Below, in pieces: positions 1 to 9,764 of a stretch of 64,000 nt of DNA. The translations under genes and the position numbers were made by a program. Position 1 is the stretch's first letter. Every line of letters begins with the position of its first letter. Source of the stretch: Alphaproteobacteria bacterium. GTDB taxonomy: Bacteria > Pseudomonadota > Alphaproteobacteria > SP197. The stretch spans positions 288,001 through 352,000 of the forward strand of contig OZ219747.1 in assembly GCA_964291265.2 (NCBI GenBank), given 5' to 3'. The notes beneath the pieces were generated by a model. That model had not been told where the DNA came from and searched no databases. It saw nothing but the letters and a program-made list of their open reading frames with translations.

Positions 1-1285
1 GCTGGAGGTCGATGATCTGCATGAGATTGGAGACCACCAGAACGTCGATGCCGCCGGTGCGGAACACCGCCGTCGGCCCGAAACTCTTCTTCATGCCGGC
101 AAACATCGGTCCGTCAAGAACCGTAACTCCATCGCTCGTCTGAATCACTTCGCCGGCAAGATGGAGAGGGGGACCGCCGAACGTCGGATCGGTCTTGCCG
201 CCCACGGAGAGGGTGACATGGGCACCGGCACCGGCCGCAATGAGTGTCGCCGCTGCTTCGGGATCGAAGAGGGCGCCGAAACAGGCATCCTCGAGCCCGG
301 CATCGAGCATGGCCTTGAGCAGATTCGTCGCATCGCCATAGGCTCCCGCCCCCGGATTGTCGGCATAGTCGGCAATGACAAGCGGCTTGCCGGCATGCCT
401 GAAACGCCGTGCCATGGCGGCGGCTTCGGTCACGTCGAGGTAGCAGTTGTTGACGACGTTCCGGGCCTCCCAGATGTCCGCCATGAGATCGTCCGCCATC
501 TCCTTGAACGCCGGGTTATCCCCGTCACCCGTCACCGTCACGCTGGGCCCTACGTCATGAATGTCGGACTGGCTGAAACCGGCATTGATCGAGATGTCGA
601 GAACCCCGGGATGGCTTGCCATGAAACGCGCGGCCTTGTCCTGAAGCGAGATCATCGGTTCGACATCGGTGCGCCCGCCGTCGGCGCCCTGGATCATGGA
701 TCGACGGCTGAAGGCGACGCGTGGCGCGATGTCACCGGCCATTGCCCGGTGCAGGAGGTCCCCTGCCCACCTTGCCCTGGCCCTCATGTCGATGTGGGGG
801 TAGGTCAGATAGCTGCAGAGGATGTTGACCCGCTCGGCGAATGCGGGGGCTACATTGGCGTGGAGATCAAGAGTGCAACAGATGGGGGCGTCGGTCATCT
901 CGCGAATCCGTCGAAGAAGTTCCGTTTCCGCATCCTCGTATGCATCGGTCACCATCGCGCCATGAAGGGCAAGGGCAACGCCGTCGAAGGGACGTGCCTG
1001 ACGAAGGCCCTCGATGATGAGTCCAGCGACATGTTCGAAGGCCTCGGACGTGACCCTTCCCAGGGGATTTGCCATGGCGGCGACCGTGAGGACGAGGTTC
1101 CAGCCGTGCTCCCGGGCCGCATCCATGTAGCCTGCGGTCTCGGTATTGGTGTTCTCCAGGCGGGGGATGATCTCGTCGGGGCCGTGGGCGAGCACCAGGC
1201 GCTCGAAGGCGGCGAGATCGGTGCCAAGGCGCGCAAACGTGTTGGTCTCGTGCATGAACTGCGCCGTCACCACGCGGAACGTCAT
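1..1285 (-). CDS. M81 family metallopeptidase (MlrC-like), runs off the left edge
   Basis: ATG at 1285 overlaps the desaturase stop; manual translation MTFRVVTAQFMHETNTF and later LHGAMV and DLHAN, typical MlrC motifs. Absent from the ORF track because there is no stop in the window. Confidence 0.85.
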   Translation of the reverse strand, partial: MTFRVVTAQFMHETNTFARLGTDLAAFERLVLAHGPDEIIPRLENTNTETAGYMDAAREHGWNLVLTVAAMANPLGRVTSEAFEHVAGLIIEGLRQARPFDGVALALHGAMVTDAYEDAETELLRRIREMTDAPICCTLDLHANVAPAFAERVNILCSYLTYPHIDMRARARWAGDLLHRAMAGDIAPRVAFSRRSMIQGADGGRTDVEPMISLQDKAARFMASHPGVLDISINAGFSQSDIHDVGPSVTVTGDGDNPAFKEMADDLMADIWEARNVVNNCYLDVTEAAAMARRFRHAGKPLVIADYADNPGAGAYGDATNLLKAMLDAGLEDACFGALFDPEAAATLIAAGAGAHVTLSVGGKTDPTFGGPPLHLAGEVIQTSDGVTVLDGPMFAGMKKSFGPTAVFRTGGIDVLVVSNLMQIIDLQ

Positions 1286-2244
1286 GGTCGCTCCTCCCGG
1301 TGTGTGCCGATGCCGGACCGCTCTTCCGGCACGGGCGATGCAAGGCTTGCCCAGTACTGGCGCGCAAAGGCGAGATAGCCCGGAATGACATGGCCGTGGC
1401 GCGGGGCGATGCGGTCGAATACCCTGTGGAGGGCGTGGAAGGGAACGGACGGGAAGACGTGATGCTCGGTGTGATAGGGCATTTGCCAGGCGAGCCAGCG
1501 CATGGCGGCGTTGGTCCTCATGGTGCGCGTGTTCTCGAGCATGTTGGCGTCGAAGGGAAGAAGCGTGTGTTCGGCCATGAGATAGAGTCTGAGTGACCAG
1601 GCCGAGAGTGCAAGGGGAATGATCCAGTAGAGAAGCGGCGCCGGATCGGCCGCCCAGGCGGCTGCGGCAAGGATCGCGGCATAGCCGGCAAGATAGAGAC
1701 GCGCCTGGACGATGCAGGCTCGGCGCGCCGCATCATCGGGCACGAAGCGGTCCGTCACCCGGCCGCAGGCATGGCGCACAAGGGTCTTGCAAAAGCTCCA
1801 CCAGAAGGACTCGAGGCCGGAAAGATAGAAGAGGAATGAAAGCTGCGTTGCCGGCTTCGGCGTGTCGAGTTCGGGATCGGCGCTCTCGATGTGCGTGAAG
1901 CGATGATGTTCGAAGTGAAAGTACCGGAACCAGATCGAGGGCAGGAAGATGACGAACCCGGTGAGCCAGGCCACCGCATCGTTGAGCCATGGCGAGCGAA
2001 AGGCCGTGCGGTGAATCGTCTCGTGGAGAGGACAGAAGAGAAAGGTGAGCAGAACGCCGAGAACGAGTTCGGCCGGTACCAGGAGCCACCACGTTCCGAC
2101 CACCAGCCAGACAGCGACAGCGGCGACGGCAATCGCGCCGACGTGGGAAGCAAGCTGGGTCAGTCCCTTGAGATCCGAACGCGTGGAAAGCGCACGGATC
2201 TCGCGGAAGGAACAGATGTCCCTGACGGCGACAAATCCCTCCAT
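1282..2244 (-). CDS. Fatty acid desaturase family membrane di-iron oxygenase (MocD-like)
   Basis: Three His boxes HETIH, HFEHH, HTEHH plus transmembrane segments. Confidence 0.85.
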   Translation of the reverse strand: MEGFVAVRDICSFREIRALSTRSDLKGLTQLASHVGAIAVAAVAVWLVVGTWWLLVPAELVLGVLLTFLFCPLHETIHRTAFRSPWLNDAVAWLTGFVIFLPSIWFRYFHFEHHRFTHIESADPELDTPKPATQLSFLFYLSGLESFWWSFCKTLVRHACGRVTDRFVPDDAARRACIVQARLYLAGYAAILAAAAWAADPAPLLYWIIPLALSAWSLRLYLMAEHTLLPFDANMLENTRTMRTNAAMRWLAWQMPYHTEHHVFPSVPFHALHRVFDRIAPRHGHVIPGYLAFARQYWASLASPVPEERSGIGTHREERP

Positions 2245-3056
2245 CAGGCAGCGCGTCCGTAGAAGCCGCGGCGTTCTTCGGCGCTGAACACGACGCCAGG
2301 ACGATCGAAGTAGGAGAAGACGGCAATCAGGCGGTCGATCTCGCCAACGACCGGTGTCACGCGATGAGCCGTGTTCCGCCCCCTGAAGACCGTCAGCGTC
2401 CCTGCCTGCTGGACGAATGTGCGCATGGCCGAGTCCCTGCCTTCCAGAAGGCCAACCACACCGTCGAGGTCATCCTGGGCAAGGTCCGGCCGGTACGCAA
2501 GATGGCCGCCATCCTGCGACGCCTGAATGAGGAGCGTGGTGGTGAACTCGGAGCGGTCGAAATGCCATCCCAGCCCTTCGCCCTCCCGGTAGCCCATGAC
2601 ATTGACCCGGGCGAGCGGGTCTTCCATGAGATGAAGGCGGGATTTCTTCATGATCCGGGCCAGAAAGTCCCGGAGCGGCGGCCACTCGTACAGGGCATGG
2701 ACGAAACTCCATGTGATCTGGTCGTCGCACACCGTTCGGCTGGAGGTCTCCTGGAGCGCCAGCGCCGGGTGGTCCGCGGCCATGCCCGGGGGCGTGTCGG
2801 TGAAGTAGATGTTGTGGCGCCGGGAATGAAAGAAGGACTGCTCGCGCACGACAGGCAGGAGTTCTTCCGCTGCCCTGGCGATCGTCGCGGTCCTGACGAA
2901 TCCCGGCAGACTGCAGAGACCCAGCATCGCCAGTTCTTCGCGGCACCTGTCGATCAGGGGTTCGCAGTGCCGGGGTTGATCGACGGGATAGCGTTCGAGG
3001 TCGAGGTGCTCATGGACAGCACAGGCAGCCTGAACGTCATGGGTCCGGTTCGGCAT
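2244..3056 (-). CDS. 2OG-Fe(II) oxygenase family protein
   Basis: WHFD (HxD) motif, distal H in TAHRVTPV and conserved R; abuts the desaturase gene. Confidence 0.75.
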   Translation of the reverse strand: MPNRTHDVQAACAVHEHLDLERYPVDQPRHCEPLIDRCREELAMLGLCSLPGFVRTATIARAAEELLPVVREQSFFHSRRHNIYFTDTPPGMAADHPALALQETSSRTVCDDQITWSFVHALYEWPPLRDFLARIMKKSRLHLMEDPLARVNVMGYREGEGLGWHFDRSEFTTTLLIQASQDGGHLAYRPDLAQDDLDGVVGLLEGRDSAMRTFVQQAGTLTVFRGRNTAHRVTPVVGEIDRLIAVFSYFDRPGVVFSAEERRGFYGRAA

Positions 3057-3182
3057 TCTGTCATCCCGTGTCTATCGAGGATGGGAGGCTCCGGCGCCTG
3101 GCATACGGAACGCGTTGCATGCGGAACTGGTCAGGCACATCATGGACGCATTGTAGACGCAACAGGCAACGAAGCGGGAGAG

Positions 3183-4010
3183 ATGGCTGGAAGAGGCGGG
3201 AGTCTCGGCTCCGAGAACATACTTCTACCGAAAGACGTTGCCCACAAGGCCGAGGATGTAGGCCTCATGAAGGCGCGTATGGCGCCTGCCCGTCTCGTTG
3301 TCCTTGCCATCATGGGGGGTGCTTTCATCGGCCTCGGCGCCATGGCGGCCACCACCATATGGACCGGACTCGACCACGTTCCGTTCGGCCTCATGCGCAT
3401 GGCCGGCGGGCTCGGTTTCACACTGGGGCTGATTCTGGTTGTCCTGGGAGGCGTCGAGCTCTTCACCGGCAATGTTCTCATGATCATGTCGATAGCAAGC
3501 GGGCGCATGAGGCTGCGGACCCTGATGCGCGCGTGGAGCCTCGTTCTTGTCGGGAACACCATCGGAGCCGTGGCCATTGCCGTGCTGGTGTTCCTCGCCG
3601 GACACCATGATCTCGACAACGGCGAAGCCGGCCGTGTCGCCGTGCGCATCGCCGCCGCCAAGACCGAACTTCCTTTCATGCAGGCCTTCTTCCTCGGTGT
3701 GCTGTGCAATGCCCTGGTGTGCCTGGCGGTCTATCTCTGTTACGGCGCCGCGTCGACGACGGACAAGATTCTTGCCATTCTGCTTCCCGTTGCAACCTTC
3801 GTTGCCGCCGGTTTCGAGCATTCCATCGCCAACATCTATTTCTTCACGCTGGGACTGCTGGTCGACGGTCTCGACACGGCCACGGCAAGCGTCAGCGTCG
3901 CGGGGGCCGTCAGCAATCTCGTGCCGGTGATTCTCGGGAACATCGTCGGGGGTGGTGTCCTGGTCGGCCTCGTCTACTGGTTCGTCTACGTCTACAGTGT
4001 GCGCAAGTGA
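3183..4010 (+). CDS. Formate/nitrite transporter (FNT) family protein
   Basis: ELFTGN, LCNALVCLAV and FEHSIAN motifs; start chosen at ATG 3183. Confidence 0.9.
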   Translation: MAGRGGSLGSENILLPKDVAHKAEDVGLMKARMAPARLVVLAIMGGAFIGLGAMAATTIWTGLDHVPFGLMRMAGGLGFTLGLILVVLGGVELFTGNVLMIMSIASGRMRLRTLMRAWSLVLVGNTIGAVAIAVLVFLAGHHDLDNGEAGRVAVRIAAAKTELPFMQAFFLGVLCNALVCLAVYLCYGAASTTDKILAILLPVATFVAAGFEHSIANIYFFTLGLLVDGLDTATASVSVAGAVSNLVPVILGNIVGGGVLVGLVYWFVYVYSVRK

Positions 4011-4021
4011 CGGCGCGTCCC

Positions 4022-4290
4022 TCACGACCTCAGGACGCAGGTTCCGGGGATCGCAGGCTGCCTCGTCCGGAACGTGCGCGGGTAGCGGCGTGCCGAGAGG
4101 ATCATGATCTCGAGCGGTGTGTCCGGGCGGCTGCCACCCGGGCAAGGCCCGGAATTCTCCCCGGCCGGTTCCCGCGGGCGATGGAATCGACGGCGCTCAC
4201 CGACTCCCTTCCATGAGGACCGCTTCGCCGGCGTGGCCGTCACCATCCTTCACCTCGAACCGGCGCCCTGATTCCTCCGGGAGATCCGCG
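4022..4290 (-). pseudogene. C-terminal remnant of GcvT-family / dimethylglycine dehydrogenase-like gene
   Basis: Frameshifted fragments DGDGHAGEAVLMEG, PDTPLEIMIL and DEAACDPRNLRP resemble the DMGDH/GcvT C-terminus. Confidence 0.6.
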
Positions 4291-4486
4291 AATCAGCCTG
4301 AGGGCGCGAAAGCCGGCGTTTTCGAAGGTAGAAATGAGGTCATGAATGACATAAGGGAAGACAACGGATGTTTGGCGCACACAATGCAACGGGACGATAT
4401 CATGAGGACAGATTGGCTTTGCTGACCTTGGCGTCGGGAAGTATTGATCGCCGGGAGAACCGTCGAGCTGCTGGTTCGACGGTGCC

Positions 4487-5659
4487 ATGGAGCCGATGAC
4501 ACGTCCGCTCTTCGCATTGTACGTGATGTGGCACCCCTCCTATCCGGGAGGCCGCGAGATCGCAGATCGGCTTCGTACGCACTTTGGCCGCGACCAGCGC
4601 TCTGCCATCGGCAAGTGGCGTGGCATCAGCGTTCTCGAACGCAGCGCGCCCGTTCCGGGGGCGCGTACGCCCTTGCCGATCGACTGGGACGATGCGGATT
4701 TTACCGCCGTCGTCGTGCTGACGGAAGCGACGCTTGTTGATGACCACGCTTGGGTCGACTACGTGAGCGACACTGCACGGGTCGCGCACGAGAGGGGGCT
4801 TCCCGCCGGGTTCTTCCCGTTGACGATGGAGCGTCGGGGACTCACATTGAGATTCGAACAGCAGGCGCTGCGTTGGGACCGCTGGGACGCGTCTGCTGAG
4901 GATAGGCTTCAGCGCTTCACGTCGGACCTCACCCACGAGTTCTGCCGCATGCTGCGTCATCGCATCGACCTACTCCGCGGCGGTGGCAAGGAAGCAGCGC
5001 TCGCACGTTATCTGGAGAAAATCAGTGTCTTCATCAGCCATTCGAAACATGATGAGGACGGCGAATCGGTAGGCCGCGGTATCCGTGACTGGATCCATGC
5101 GCACAGTCCGCTCGACAGCTTCTTCGATGTCCACGACATCCCACCTGGAATGTCGTTCGAGGGAGTATTGTTGCACCAGATCGGCGGAGGAGCTGTCGTA
5201 GCGGTGCATACCGACTCGTACTCGTCGCGTGAGTGGTGCCGACGCGAAGTAATCGAAGCGAAGCGACGCTTGGTGCCGATGGTCGTTGTCGATTGCGTGC
5301 GGGATACCGATCCGCGTGGAATGGCCTACCTCGGCAATGCGCCGGTCGTTCGCATGGATCCCGACCGGAGGGACAGAGTCGCCGCTGTCATCGGCTGCCT
5401 CTTGGATGAGGTATTCCACACATGGCTGTGGCTCTGTCGGGTGGGCGCTCGTCTGACGGAATCACCGGGAGTCGTATTCACGGCGCGCCCACCCGAACTG
5501 ATCGCCCTGGCGGCGTCGTTTCCTCATGATGGAGAATCGACTTCAACAATTGTGTATCCTGAACCGCTGTTGGGTGCCGATGAAGAACGGTTGTTCAAGA
5601 AAGTCGCGCCGTCAGTCCGCCTGCAAACGTTGACGGACTGGCTGGAGGAACGCCCATGA
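4487..5659 (+). CDS. TIR domain protein (uncharacterised N-terminal domain, TIR, short C-terminal domain)
   Basis: VFISHSKHD and YSSREWCRREV with the conserved catalytic Glu. Confidence 0.85.
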   Translation: MEPMTRPLFALYVMWHPSYPGGREIADRLRTHFGRDQRSAIGKWRGISVLERSAPVPGARTPLPIDWDDADFTAVVVLTEATLVDDHAWVDYVSDTARVAHERGLPAGFFPLTMERRGLTLRFEQQALRWDRWDASAEDRLQRFTSDLTHEFCRMLRHRIDLLRGGGKEAALARYLEKISVFISHSKHDEDGESVGRGIRDWIHAHSPLDSFFDVHDIPPGMSFEGVLLHQIGGGAVVAVHTDSYSSREWCRREVIEAKRRLVPMVVVDCVRDTDPRGMAYLGNAPVVRMDPDRRDRVAAVIGCLLDEVFHTWLWLCRVGARLTESPGVVFTARPPELIALAASFPHDGESTSTIVYPEPLLGADEERLFKKVAPSVRLQTLTDWLEERP

Positions 5660-6468
5660 CCTTACCCGATACCGGGATATTGACCGCCGTCGGTGTCTCT
5701 GTTTCGGAGAGCCCGGATTTATGGGCACTGGGGCTGAGCGACGGGCATCTACGTGACGCGATGGCCGAGATCGCCCTTCTGGTGCTCGCGTCGGGAAAGA
5801 GTCTGGCCTATGGTGGGGATCTGCGCCCACACGGATTCACGGAGCTTCTGGCCGAACTTGTGGGAAGGTATCGGAACCATCCTCGGCATGACGGCACCAT
5901 CGTCGTCACCGACTATCTGGCTTGGCCCGTGCATATCCGGATGACATCGGATGAGATCGTCGCATTCTCCACCGAACACGAGCTTAGCGCCCGCCTCATT
6001 TTCCTTGCGCTGAATGGTGCGCGCCTCGCGCAAGAACAACGAATGATGCTGTGCGCGCATGAGCCGGACGAAGAGGAATGGACGGAAGGATTGACCGCGA
6101 TGCGAACCGTCATGCGCGGAGACATTGGGGCGCGGATCGTTCTCGGCGGCAGGGTCGAGGACTACAAGGGGGTCATGCCCGGAATCGCCGAGGAGGCATA
6201 TCTCTCTCTGGAAGCAGGTCAGCCCGTGTTCCTCGTAGGAGGATTCGGCGGCTGTACGCGCGATATCGCGGAGACGGTCGGACTCGCCGAGCGCTGGGCC
6301 GGTTCGCGCGACGGATGGACCGGTCGGGAGCGCTTCCACAACTATTCGCCGGATGACCTGCATAACGGTCTTTCCCGCGACGAGAACGTCATCTTGGCCC
6401 GCACGCCGCATATACAGGAGGCTGCGACCCTCGTCTTGCGGGGGTTGCGACAAGTCCTCGATCATTGA
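5656..6468 (+). CDS. Stand-alone SLOG-superfamily nucleotide-binding protein
   Basis: LAYGGDLR, RIVLGG, MPGIAEEA and LVGGFGGC motifs; ATGA overlap with the upstream TIR gene. Confidence 0.8.
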   Translation: MTLPDTGILTAVGVSVSESPDLWALGLSDGHLRDAMAEIALLVLASGKSLAYGGDLRPHGFTELLAELVGRYRNHPRHDGTIVVTDYLAWPVHIRMTSDEIVAFSTEHELSARLIFLALNGARLAQEQRMMLCAHEPDEEEWTEGLTAMRTVMRGDIGARIVLGGRVEDYKGVMPGIAEEAYLSLEAGQPVFLVGGFGGCTRDIAETVGLAERWAGSRDGWTGRERFHNYSPDDLHNGLSRDENVILARTPHIQEAATLVLRGLRQVLDH

Positions 6469-6472
6469 GGTC

Positions 6473-7078
6473 ATGATGCACAAGGTATTCGTTAGCTACC
6501 ATCACGGTAACGACCAAGAGTATAAGGAAGCGCTGGTCAAATGTGGTGAGAAGAACTCGATATTTGTGGATCGATCCGTTGACACCGGTGACATTCCTGA
6601 CGACTGGACCGACGAGCAGATCCGTCGCGCTATCAGAGACCAATATCTGAGAGACTCAACAGTGACTATTGTGTTGGTCGGCAGAGAGACCAAACGCCGA
6701 AAGCATGTCGATTGGGAAATTTACTCAAGTATGTACGATGGCCCGGTGAACAAGAAATCGGGGCTGATCGTCATCAACCTGCCGGGAGTCTCTGATGATG
6801 AATGCATTGCACCTCATGGAGATGAAGAGAAAAAATTGTTGTACCCAGAAATTACGTCATGGACACATGTCAAGGAACGGGCGGAGTACGAACGTCGGTA
6901 TCCCTGCATGCCTAATCGAATCATCGACAACTTGATGAAAGCGAACGTCAAAATATCCGTCGCCCCCTGGAAGAAAATTAATCCGGATACGCTCTGGTTT
7001 TTGATTGAGGCTGCCTTTCGTAATCGCGATCATTGCGTATACGATTTACATACGCCCATGAGGCGAGCAAATTCGTGA
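6473..7078 (+). CDS. ThsB-like TIR domain protein (DUF1863 type)
   Basis: HKVFVSYHH, DSTVTIVLVG, HVDWEI (catalytic Glu); more AT-rich than neighbours. Confidence 0.85.
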   Translation: MMHKVFVSYHHGNDQEYKEALVKCGEKNSIFVDRSVDTGDIPDDWTDEQIRRAIRDQYLRDSTVTIVLVGRETKRRKHVDWEIYSSMYDGPVNKKSGLIVINLPGVSDDECIAPHGDEEKKLLYPEITSWTHVKERAEYERRYPCMPNRIIDNLMKANVKISVAPWKKINPDTLWFLIEAAFRNRDHCVYDLHTPMRRANS

Positions 7079-7151
7079 GTCGTTGCTATCGGTCCGATCG
7101 CATATGCAGGGAGGGCCTGTCCTCTCAAGGACTTTGCAGCGTAGCGCGCCG

Positions 7152-7217
7152 ATGTCCGACACCCGTCTGATTGAGCGCTGGACTCCGATTGCGGCGCTTG
7201 GGATCGAGAATGTGCGG
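7152..7217 (+). pseudogene. N-terminal stub of a DUF1156-like (adenine DNA methylase-associated) gene
   Basis: MSDTRLIERWTPIAALGIENVR resembles DUF1156 N-termini, then similarity is lost. Confidence 0.45.
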
Positions 7218-7227
7218 GTGTTAACTG

Positions 7228-7593
7228 GTGGAATGTTGCCGGGTACAAATCCTTGCAGGAAGAGAGGCTAACCACAACTTTCTCCATGAACCATGCGTCG
7301 GGCGTCGTGAGGCCGGCGAGGCGCGAACGCTGGGCTACCTCGTCAGGGATACGGCCTCGCTCGACCGTCGGTTCGATCAGGTCGAGCAAGCGCTCAAACG
7401 CTCCCGGCGCACCTTCTGGCTCAACGGCGTGGCCCTTTTCTTTCTCGTCGGCTGCGCGTTCTTTTTCGGCCTCATGACCGACTTCGTGGTGCGGTATCTT
7501 GAGGTTCCAGCGGTCACGGCCATGCTGCCGGAGACGGAGTTGCCGCCCTTGCCGCCGCCGAACCTGTCGCTGGAGATCGTGACGCCGGAGTGA
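7228..7593 (+). CDS. Hypothetical membrane protein or fragment upstream of the relaxase
   Basis: One TM helix (FWLNGVALFFLVGCAFFFGL) and Pro-rich tail; true start unclear. Confidence 0.4.
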   Translation: MECCRVQILAGREANHNFLHEPCVGRREAGEARTLGYLVRDTASLDRRFDQVEQALKRSRRTFWLNGVALFFLVGCAFFFGLMTDFVVRYLEVPAVTAMLPETELPPLPPPNLSLEIVTPE

Positions 7594-7599
7594 CGCTCC

Positions 7600-7922
7600 A
7601 TGGTGGCGACGGTGCACGAGCTTGCGTCATCGGCGACCGCGGTCTCTTACCACGAGCAGGACGGGTACTACGCCCGCAACGATCCCGAGCACCGCAAGGC
7701 GAGCTTCTGGCATGGCCGTGCGGCGGGCGACCTTGGGCTGAGGGGCCACGTTGTGCCGTCGCGCTTCGAGTCGGTGCTGCAGGGCAAGGTGCCGAAGACG
7801 GACATCCGTCTGGGGAAGGTCGTCGAGGGAGAGCGCCGGCACCGTCCGGGCCAAGACATCACGTTCTCGGCGCCGAAGTCGGTATCGCTGGAAGCGCTGG
7901 TGATGGGGGGCGGCATGGTGGT
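7600..7922 (+). pseudogene. MobF/TrwC-family relaxase, 5' part, interrupted by the IS21-type element
   Basis: SYHEQDGYY tyrosine motif, WHGRAAGDLGL, DITFSAPKSVS. Confidence 0.9.
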
Positions 7923-7990
7923 TGTTGATGGCTGCATAGAACGGCGGGATTTCGGCGATTTGCCGCGCTTTGTCAGGGTCGTGTTTCTTC

Positions 7991-8029
7991 CCTGTTGTCA
8001 GGTCCTATTGTCACGTCCTGTTGTCGTGG
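7991..8029. repeat. Three tandem 13-bp repeats with CCTRTTGTC core
   Basis: CCTGTTGTCAGGT / CCTATTGTCACGT / CCTGTTGTCGTGG; same array at 18831-18869 in the inner copy. Confidence 0.8.
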
Positions 8030-8352
8030 GTTCAGTGTTCGGCTGATTGTCTCCCCGAGCGCCGCCCGTTTTCCTATTGTCGTTTTGGTCCGGTTCGGAT
8101 TGTTCCGTCGGCCTCTGCTTCGGTCTTGGTGACGGTTGCCGGGAGGGTTTCGGTTCCGAGGCACTCGCGGGATCGTCTGTTTTCCCTGTGGTCTGGGTCG
8201 TGTTGTCCGGTCCCGGGGCGGCGTTTTTGCCGCCGCCCCGGGTGGATGCTAGATCGGCATCGAAAGAAAGAGCGATGCGATGCCGGGCAGAGTTGTGATG
8301 ACGCCCCCCGGCGCAGCACCCGGACGAGCCGGTCACGGGGGACCGAACTCCC

Positions 8353-8883
8353 GTGTATTGTCGAGCCATTTTGCGTCCGGGTCCACCCCCGCTCTCGAGA
8401 CGGATCGTGTGCACGACGGGACGACTGTTCAACTGCAAGCGGTGTCAGCGGCAGGTTGTTCTCTGCCGGTCGTGTGACCGGGGGCATGTGTATTGCTCCG
8501 ATGAGTGCAGGGAGCGGTCCCGGATCGAGCGGCGCCGCGCGTCGCGTCGTCGCTACCAGAGCACGCTGAGGGGCCGTGAGACGGGCCGTCACCGCCAGCG
8601 GCGTTACCGGCTCCGCAAGGCGGAGGAGGCGCGTGCGTTGAAGGCCAGGGCGGCGATGCTTGCCGAGATCATGGGCACGCAGACGTCTGCTGTGGTGCTG
8701 CTTGGCGACGTTCCGGCGGTGTCTGGAGACGCCGGTTCCGAAGAAATCGTTACGGACCACCCTTCCCGACTGCTGCCGACCTCCCTACCTGCGGTTGTGA
8801 AGGCGCGAGAGCGACGCGAATCGCCGCTTCGGTGCGCCCGGTGCGGACGGGTCGTGACGCATGTGGTGCTGAGGGACCTGTGA
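8353..8883 (+). CDS. Cys-rich basic protein upstream of istA (putative Zn-binding)
   Basis: CxxC, CxxC, CxxxC, Arg-rich helix and C-terminal CARC; start uncertain. Confidence 0.7.
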   Translation: MYCRAILRPGPPPLSRRIVCTTGRLFNCKRCQRQVVLCRSCDRGHVYCSDECRERSRIERRRASRRRYQSTLRGRETGRHRQRRYRLRKAEEARALKARAAMLAEIMGTQTSAVVLLGDVPAVSGDAGSEEIVTDHPSRLLPTSLPAVVKARERRESPLRCARCGRVVTHVVLRDL

Positions 8884-9764
8884 TGCGGCGTTGAGGAACC
8901 AAAGGGAGGGAGTTCATGGCGATCGACGAGGACACGCGGGCGACGATCGTGCGGCTGTCGCGGGCCGAGGGCTGGGCTGTGGGGACGATTGCCCGGCATC
9001 TCGGCGTGCACCACGGCACGGTGACGCGGGCGCTCAAGGCGTCGGGGCAGGAGCGGCGGCCGCGGGCCAAGCTCATCGACCCCTTCGTTGCCTTCCTCGG
9101 GGAGCGTCTTGAGGCGTCGCCGGACCTTCCGGCCAGCACGCTCTGGCGACAGGTCGTGGCCCTGGGCTACCGCGGCGGCGAGGATCACTTCCGTCACGAC
9201 CTGCGCCGCCTCGGGCTGAGGCCGGTGAAGAGGCCCGAGCCGTCGCTGCGGCTGAGCTTCCTTCCGGGCGAGCAGGCGCAGGTTGACTGGGCCGAGTTCG
9301 GGAAGGTCCGCATTGGCCGGGCGGAGCGCAGGCTCATGGGGCTTCTCGTCACCCTCAGCTACTCGCGCCAGACTGTCCTGAGCCTGTTCCACGACGCGCG
9401 GATGGCCAGCTTCCTGCAAGGCCATGTCGAGGCTTTCGCGGCATTCGGGGGTGTGCCGCGGAGGCTTCTGTACGACAACCTGAAGAGTGCCGTGGTGACG
9501 CGCCGCGGCAAGGCGGTCACCTATCATCCGATGCTGCTCGGCCTCGCGGCCCACTATGCCTTCGAACCGAGCGCCGCCTGGCCCAGGAGCCCGCAGGAGA
9601 AGGGCCGCGTGGAACGCCGTGTGCGCTTCGCGCGCACCGGGTTCTTCGCCGGGCGCGACATCACGGTCCCGCTCGGCGAGCTCAACGCCGCGGTTCGGGA
9701 GTGGTGCTTCGGCGCCGCCGCGGAGCGGCCCTGGCCGGACGACGACAGTCTCCTGGTGCGGGAC

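Noticed and set aside
2244-3056. BesD-like halogenase
   Set aside because: The metal motif is HxD, not HxG/A
4290-4486. Missing caspase or SIR2 effector upstream of the TIR operon
   Set aside because: No ORF or recognisable remnant; the region is short and probably a promoter
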